DNA of 64,000 nt from Myxococcales bacterium (GTDB lineage Bacteria; Myxococcota; Myxococcia; Myxococcales; Anaeromyxobacteraceae). Positions 59,150-64,000 of the stretch are shown here, piece by piece. Under the pieces are notes generated by a model. That model had not been told where the DNA came from. It made no database searches and was given only the letters and a program-made list of their open reading frames with translations. The stretch covers positions 11,610-75,609 of the forward strand of contig JBBQEB010000003.1 in NCBI GenBank assembly GCA_038320275.1. The letters are read 5' to 3'. The position numbers and the translations under genes are program-made. Every line of letters starts with the position of its first letter. Positions within the stretch are counted from its first letter, which is position 1.

Positions 59150-59797
59150 GTGACGGGGGAGATCTGGGAGCGGGAGAACCGGTTGCTCCAGGCGCCGGTG
59201 GGCGCCGCGCCGCGCGGGGCGCTCGTCGTCGCGGCCTTGCTCCTGGTTGCAAGCCTGGCGACGCCACTCTGGAACATGACCATGTTCGCGCCTCAATACC
59301 AGGACGGCCTGCGGCTCGAGATCCGCAGTTCCGGGCTGGTCGGGGGCAACCGCGGCCAGGACCTGAAGGAGATCAATCTCCTCAATCACTACATTGGGAT
59401 GCACGAGCTGGCGCAGGAAAACTTCACCGAGTTCCTGTGGATGCCCTTCATCATGGGCGTGCTCGCGCTGCTCATGCTGCGGGCCGCGGCCTTCGGTACG
59501 GTCGGGCACATCGTCGATGCGACGGTGCTGTTCGTGTACTTCGGCCTCTTCGCGCTCTGGTCCTTCGGGCACAAGATGTGGGCGTACGGGCACGAGCTCG
59601 ACCCGACCGCTCCGGTGAAGGTCCCCGGCTTCATGCCTCCGATGTTCGGCCGCTCCCAGCTCGCCAACTTCGAGGTGTACTCGTACCCCGGCCCCGGCAG
59701 CTACGCCTTCCTCGGCGTCGGCCTGGCGCTCCTCGTGGCTCTCGCGCTGGGCTGGCGCGCGGCGCGGGCCACGACGTCCAGGGCGCCGGCGAGGTAG
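59150..59797 (+). CDS. nosB: NosB-like membrane protein of clade II nos clusters
   Basis: APQYQDGL, INLLNHYIGM, YGHELDPTAP, PPMFG..QLANF; four TM segments; directly after nosZ. Confidence 0.8.
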   Translation: MTGEIWERENRLLQAPVGAAPRGALVVAALLLVASLATPLWNMTMFAPQYQDGLRLEIRSSGLVGGNRGQDLKEINLLNHYIGMHELAQENFTEFLWMPFIMGVLALLMLRAAAFGTVGHIVDATVLFVYFGLFALWSFGHKMWAYGHELDPTAPVKVPGFMPPMFGRSQLANFEVYSYPGPGSYAFLGVGLALLVALALGWRAARATTSRAPAR

Positions 59798-59799
59798 CG

Positions 59800-61179
59800 G
59801 TGGCGCTCGCACCGGCGCTGCTCGCGCTGGCCGCCGCGGCGGCGGCGGGCGACATGGCTACCGAAGCGCCGGGCGCACTGGAGGCGAGGTCCCCGCCCGC
59901 GGAGACGTCGCCGCTGCAGGCGCTCATCGACCGCGCCCCGGCGGGCTCGACTGTGACCGTGGAACCGGGCACCTACGCGGGGGCGCTCGTCATCGACCGG
60001 CCCCTGCGCCTCGTCGGACGAGGCCGCCCGCGGCTGCTCGGCGCGGGGCAGGGAAGCGTGGTGCGCATCCGCGCTCCCGACGTGACGGTGGAGGGCTTCG
60101 ACGTCGATGGCCTCGGGCTCGGCGATCTCGGGCGCGACTCCTCCGGCGTGCACGTGGCCGCGCTGCGCGCGATCGTGCGTGACGTCCGCATCGAGCGGAC
60201 GCTCTACGGCGTTTACCTGCGCCAGGCGCACGGCGCGCGCGTCGAGCGCTGCGTCATCCGGGGGATGCGGGAGAAGGAGGCGGGCGAGAAGGGCTCCGGG
60301 ATCCACGTCTGGAACACGGAAGGGTTCACGCTCGACGGGAACCAGATCTCGGACGTTCGCGACGGCTTCTACATTCAGTCGTCGAACCACGGCATCATCC
60401 GGCGCAACGTGGCCCGCGACCTCCGCTACGGCATCCACTACATGTACGCCGACGACAACGCGTTCGAGGACAATCTGTTCGAGCGCAGCGACGCGGGGGG
60501 CGTGCTCATGCACTCGCGGCGCATCGCCTTCCGGCGCAACCAGTTTCTCCACAATCGCGGGCCCTCCTCGGTGGGGCTCCTGTTCAAGTCGTGCGACGAC
60601 TCGGTGGCCGAGGACAACCTCCTCGCCGACAACGCGCGCGGCATCTTCATCGAGGGCTCCTACCGCGACATCTTCCGGCGGAACGTGATCGCCGAGTCGG
60701 ACATCGCCATCGTCCTCTTCGACTCCTGTGGCGGGGTGACGTTCGAGGGAAACGCTTTCCTCGCCAACCTGACCCCGCTCACGCTCGTCGGCCGGCGCAC
60801 CGACACGATCTTCGACGGGAACTACTGGTCGTCCAACGACGCGCCCGACCTCGACGGCGACGGCATCTCCGACCAGCCCTACGTCCTGGGGAGCCTCTTC
60901 GATCACCTGCGTGGCAACCTCACCGCGGCCGACCTCCTCGCCCAGAGCCCCGCCGCCCTGGCCCTGGTCGCCGCGGAGCGCGCCTTCCCCGTGCTGCACC
61001 CGATCCTCGCCGCCGACCACCGCCCGCTGGCGCGGCCTCCCTCGCTGCGCGACGTCCCGCGCCCGGCGCGGCGGCCCCGCTCGGCCAGCGTCGCGGGGGG
61101 CCTCCTCTCCGCTGGCCTCCTCCTGGCGGCGGTGGCGGGGTCCATCCTCGCCCGCAAGGCGCGGCGGAGGGGGGCGTGA
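59800..61179 (+). CDS. nosD: Nitrous oxide reductase maturation protein
   Basis: beta-helix repeats, GIHVWN, RYGIHYMY, GNYWS....DLDGDGISDQPY. Confidence 0.92.
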   Translation: MALAPALLALAAAAAAGDMATEAPGALEARSPPAETSPLQALIDRAPAGSTVTVEPGTYAGALVIDRPLRLVGRGRPRLLGAGQGSVVRIRAPDVTVEGFDVDGLGLGDLGRDSSGVHVAALRAIVRDVRIERTLYGVYLRQAHGARVERCVIRGMREKEAGEKGSGIHVWNTEGFTLDGNQISDVRDGFYIQSSNHGIIRRNVARDLRYGIHYMYADDNAFEDNLFERSDAGGVLMHSRRIAFRRNQFLHNRGPSSVGLLFKSCDDSVAEDNLLADNARGIFIEGSYRDIFRRNVIAESDIAIVLFDSCGGVTFEGNAFLANLTPLTLVGRRTDTIFDGNYWSSNDAPDLDGDGISDQPYVLGSLFDHLRGNLTAADLLAQSPAALALVAAERAFPVLHPILAADHRPLARPPSLRDVPRPARRPRSASVAGGLLSAGLLLAAVAGSILARKARRRGA

Positions 61180-62075
61180 TCCGCTTCGAGGTTTTCTCGA
61201 AGCGGTATGGCGCTCACCTCGCCGTGGCGGGGCTGACGTTCGCGACGAGAGCGGGCGAGATCGTTGCCCTCCTCGGCCCCAATGGCTCGGGGAAGACGAC
61301 CTCCCTCAAGGCGGCTGCGGGGCTCGTGCGGCCGAGCTCCGGTGCGGTGCGCGTCGGGGAGGACGACCTCCCGGCGAGCGACCCCGCGGCCCGGCGCGCG
61401 CTCTCCTTCCTGCCGCAGAAAGTCTCCTTCCCGGAGGCGCTCACCGGACGCGAGGTGGTCGAGTTCTACCGGCGGCTCCGCGGCGTGGGCGCGGAGAGCG
61501 CCGAGGCGGTGCTGCGCGTCGCGGCGCTCGACGGGGCCGCCCGCCGTGCGGTGGGGACGTACTCCGGCGGCATGGTGCAGCGGCTCGGGCTGGCGGTGGC
61601 TGCATTGCCCGACGCGCCGCTCCTCCTGCTGGACGAGCCGACCTCGTCGCTCGATGCGCAGGGCCTCGCCGCCTTCCACGAGCTCGCCGAGGCGCGGCGG
61701 CGCAGCGGCGGCACGGTGGTCTTCAGCTCCCACCAGCTCTCCGACGTGGAGCGGCTCGCCGATCGGGTCGCCATCCTCGTCGCGGGCCGGCTGGTGGCGG
61801 TGCTCTCCCGCGCCGAGCTGTCCGACCGGCTGGCCGAGCGCGGCGTGCTGCGGGCGCGACTCGAGTCGAGCCCCGCAGGGCTCCTCGAGCGCGTGAGGGC
61901 TGCCGCGCCGGGGTCATCGCTGCGGGGGGACGAGCTCACGGTGCCGGGGCCGCCACGCGCCCGGGCGGAGGCGCTCGAGGCCGTGCAGGCTTCCGGCGCC
62001 CGCATCCGAGGGCTCACCGCCGAGGAAGGCAGGCTCGACCTGCTCTACGGCGACCTCGCCGGGAAGGTCGCGTGA
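61176..62075 (+). CDS. nosF: ABC ATPase
   Basis: GPNGSGKT, YSGGMVQR, LLLDEPT; nos context. Confidence 0.88.
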   Translation: MIRFEVFSKRYGAHLAVAGLTFATRAGEIVALLGPNGSGKTTSLKAAAGLVRPSSGAVRVGEDDLPASDPAARRALSFLPQKVSFPEALTGREVVEFYRRLRGVGAESAEAVLRVAALDGAARRAVGTYSGGMVQRLGLAVAALPDAPLLLLDEPTSSLDAQGLAAFHELAEARRRSGGTVVFSSHQLSDVERLADRVAILVAGRLVAVLSRAELSDRLAERGVLRARLESSPAGLLERVRAAAPGSSLRGDELTVPGPPRARAEALEAVQASGARIRGLTAEEGRLDLLYGDLAGKVA

Positions 62076-62533
62076 GGGCGGCAGGGGCGGTCGGCGCCGC
62101 GCTGGGCGCAGTCGTGATCCTCGCCTGCTCGCGCGGGACCCCCGGACCCGCGCCGCTCGACACGCGCGTCGAGGCTTGCGCCCGCTGCCGCATGGCCGTC
62201 TCCGACGCGCGCTTCGCGGCGCAGCTCGTGGCGCCCTCCGAGGAGCCCCGGTTCTTCGACGACGTGGGCTGCTTGCGCGATTTCCTGCGCGACGCACGGA
62301 ACCCTCCCCGCGGAGCGACCGCCTTCGTGGCCGACCACCGCACCCGCGCCTGGGTCCCCGCGGCGGTCGCCGTCTACACGCTAGCGCCGTCGATCGACAC
62401 TCCCATGGCCTCCCACCTCCTCGCCCACGCCGATGACGCCTCGCGCGACGCCGATCCGGCCGCGCGCGCCGGCAGGCGGCTCACCGCGGGCGAGGTCTTC
62501 GGGCCGTCCGCCCTGCCCCCGGCGCGCCCATGA
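62072..62533 (+). CDS. nosL: Copper chaperone lipoprotein
   Basis: Lipobox ILAC; CARCRM, FDDVGC, TPMAS. Confidence 0.88.
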   Translation: MRAAGAVGAALGAVVILACSRGTPGPAPLDTRVEACARCRMAVSDARFAAQLVAPSEEPRFFDDVGCLRDFLRDARNPPRGATAFVADHRTRAWVPAAVAVYTLAPSIDTPMASHLLAHADDASRDADPAARAGRRLTAGEVFGPSALPPARP

Positions 62534-63369
62534 GTCGCCCGGGCGTCCTCCTCCTGGTGGCTCGGCAGGAGCTCCTGCTCGCGGTGCGCTCGCGCTGGAC
62601 GCAGATCTTCGCCGCCGTGTTCGCGGTGCTGGCGGTGGGTGTGGCCGGGTCCGGGTACGTTCTCTCCGGAGGGAGCGGCTTCCAGGACTTCGCCCGCACC
62701 AGCGCTTCGCTGATTCAGCTCGTGGTGCTGGTCGTCCCGCTCGCCGCCCTGCTCATGGGCGTGCTCGCCCTCGCGCCGGAGCGCGGCGCGGCCGAGATCC
62801 TCTTCGCGCAGCCGGTGTCGCGCGGAGCCATCCTGGTCGGGCGACTGCTGGGCCTGTTCGCCGCGCTGGGACTGGCCGAGCTGGCTGGCTTCGGGCTCGC
62901 CGGGGTGCTGGTCTTCGCCGGGGCGGGCGACGAGGGGGCAGGAGGATACGCGCTCATCGTCCTGGGCGCTGTGCTGCTCACCGCGGCCTCGCTGTCGATC
63001 GCGGCTCTCCTGGCGGCGGCGGCGGTGGGCCGGAAGCGGCAGCGCGCGCTCGCGGCGGCGGTGGTGGTCTGGCTCTCCGCGTCGGTGCTCGTCGATCTGG
63101 CGGCGCTTGGGGCCGCCTCCCTCCTTCCGTCCGCCATCGCGTCGCGGGTGCTGGTCCTCTCCGTCATCGTGAACCCCGCCTCGGCGGTCCGGACGGGAGC
63201 GCTGCTGGCGGTGGAGGGCACCGCCGCCTTTGGCGCGTCCTCCCTCGCCCTGCTGCGGTTCACGGGTGGCGAGGCGGGCGCCGCGCTCTGGCTGGGGGGC
63301 TCCTTGCTGGGCTGGATCGTCTTGCCCGCGCTGGCCGCCTCGCGGCGCCTGGCGAGGGTGGATCTGTGA
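62530..63369 (+). CDS. nosY: ABC permease
   Basis: ERGAAEILFAQPVSR, NP...R motif; about six TM segments; nos context. Confidence 0.85.
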   Translation: MSRPGVLLLVARQELLLAVRSRWTQIFAAVFAVLAVGVAGSGYVLSGGSGFQDFARTSASLIQLVVLVVPLAALLMGVLALAPERGAAEILFAQPVSRGAILVGRLLGLFAALGLAELAGFGLAGVLVFAGAGDEGAGGYALIVLGAVLLTAASLSIAALLAAAAVGRKRQRALAAAVVVWLSASVLVDLAALGAASLLPSAIASRVLVLSVIVNPASAVRTGALLAVEGTAAFGASSLALLRFTGGEAGAALWLGGSLLGWIVLPALAASRRLARVDL

Positions 63370-63549
63370 CCCGGGCGCGGACTCCTGCTCCTCGCGGACG
63401 GATCGCGGCGGCGGCTCGACGGACCAACGGGTCACGCTCGTTCGCCGGCTCTGGCTTCGCTCGGCTCGATGCGACGCTCCGTTCCCCGCCGCCCTACGCT
63501 CCGGGCCGGAGTGCCGAAGGTGGCCGAGCTCGAGGAATCAGGGCGGTAA

Positions 63550-64000
63550 TCACGGCCGCGGCCCTTCCCAGGGCTCGCCGCACAGGGACCAGCGCAGGGC
63601 GGGCGCCGTGCCGACGACGCCGAGGAAGCCGCCGTGGACGCAGCGCAGGTGGTGGAAGGCGCAGAGCGCGGCGAGGTTCTCCGGGTCGTCGTCACCGCCG
63701 TGGGAGCGGAAGAGCACGTGGTGAGCGTGCGCCGCCCGGTGGCTGCAGCCGGGCACCTGGCACTCGCCCCGGTCGCGGTCGCGCGCCTTCCTGGAACGGG
63801 TGCGGGCGACCTTCACGGCGCGGCGCCAGGTGTCCACGAAGTGCTGGGCCAGCAGCCCGAGGCAGGTTCCGGTGGAGAGCGGCGCACCGAGGTGCTGCCG
63901 GAGGGAATGGACCACCGAGGCGAGCAGGGATGCGATGCGGAGCGGCAAGGGCACCCGGATGGCTCGCCGCGCACGCAGCTGCCGCTCGGCCTCGCCCTCC
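63550..64000 (-). CDS. HNH endonuclease, C-terminal part (5' end outside window)
   Basis: RDRGECQVPGCS...HAHHVLFRSHGG....ENLAALCAFHH. Confidence 0.8.
   Translation of the reverse strand, partial: EGEAERQLRARRAIRVPLPLRIASLLASVVHSLRQHLGAPLSTGTCLGLLAQHFVDTWRRAVKVARTRSRKARDRDRGECQVPGCSHRAAHAHHVLFRSHGGDDDPENLAALCAFHHLRCVHGGFLGVVGTAPALRWSLCGEPWEGPRP

Noticed and set aside
63550..64000. IscB/Cas9-like RNA-guided nuclease
   Set aside because: The HNH domain is at the extreme C-terminus with no following RuvC-III segment

Overview
Very GC-rich bacterial DNA. Gene content suggests Myxococcota, probably Anaeromyxobacter-like (inference): J-domain/TPR proteins, an S1 paralogue, FHA-GGDEF and a clade II nosZ. 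The first ~38 kb is mostly housekeeping: tsaD-rsmA-dNK-panB-panC-smpB, pckG, treZ, a eukaryote-type citrate synthase, acnA and pncB, plus an MntA-HepT toxin-antitoxin pair and several repeats. Two accessory systems stand out. (1) A candidate sterol-handling island at 40.6-48.8 kb: an EXPERA protein, an HSD-like SDR, a DUF1295 steroid-reductase-like protein, a GT4 resembling H. pylori cholesterol alpha-glucosyltransferase, and a BstA/BstB/BstC-like transporter trio. (2) A complete clade II N2O-reduction locus at 49.6-63.4 kb: a divergent GAF-sigma54 activator, a sigma54 promoter with three palindromic upstream sites, hemerythrin, a GltD-like flavo-Fe-S protein, Rieske, cytochrome b, a pentahaem cytochrome c and nosZBDFLY. 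Smaller signals include an 8-bp x4 repeat inside the MntA catalytic motif, a MITE apparently nested in a copy of itself that supplies the pncB stop codon, and recurring leaderless-type promoters. All family calls come from motif recognition by eye and recalled sequences; no searches were run.
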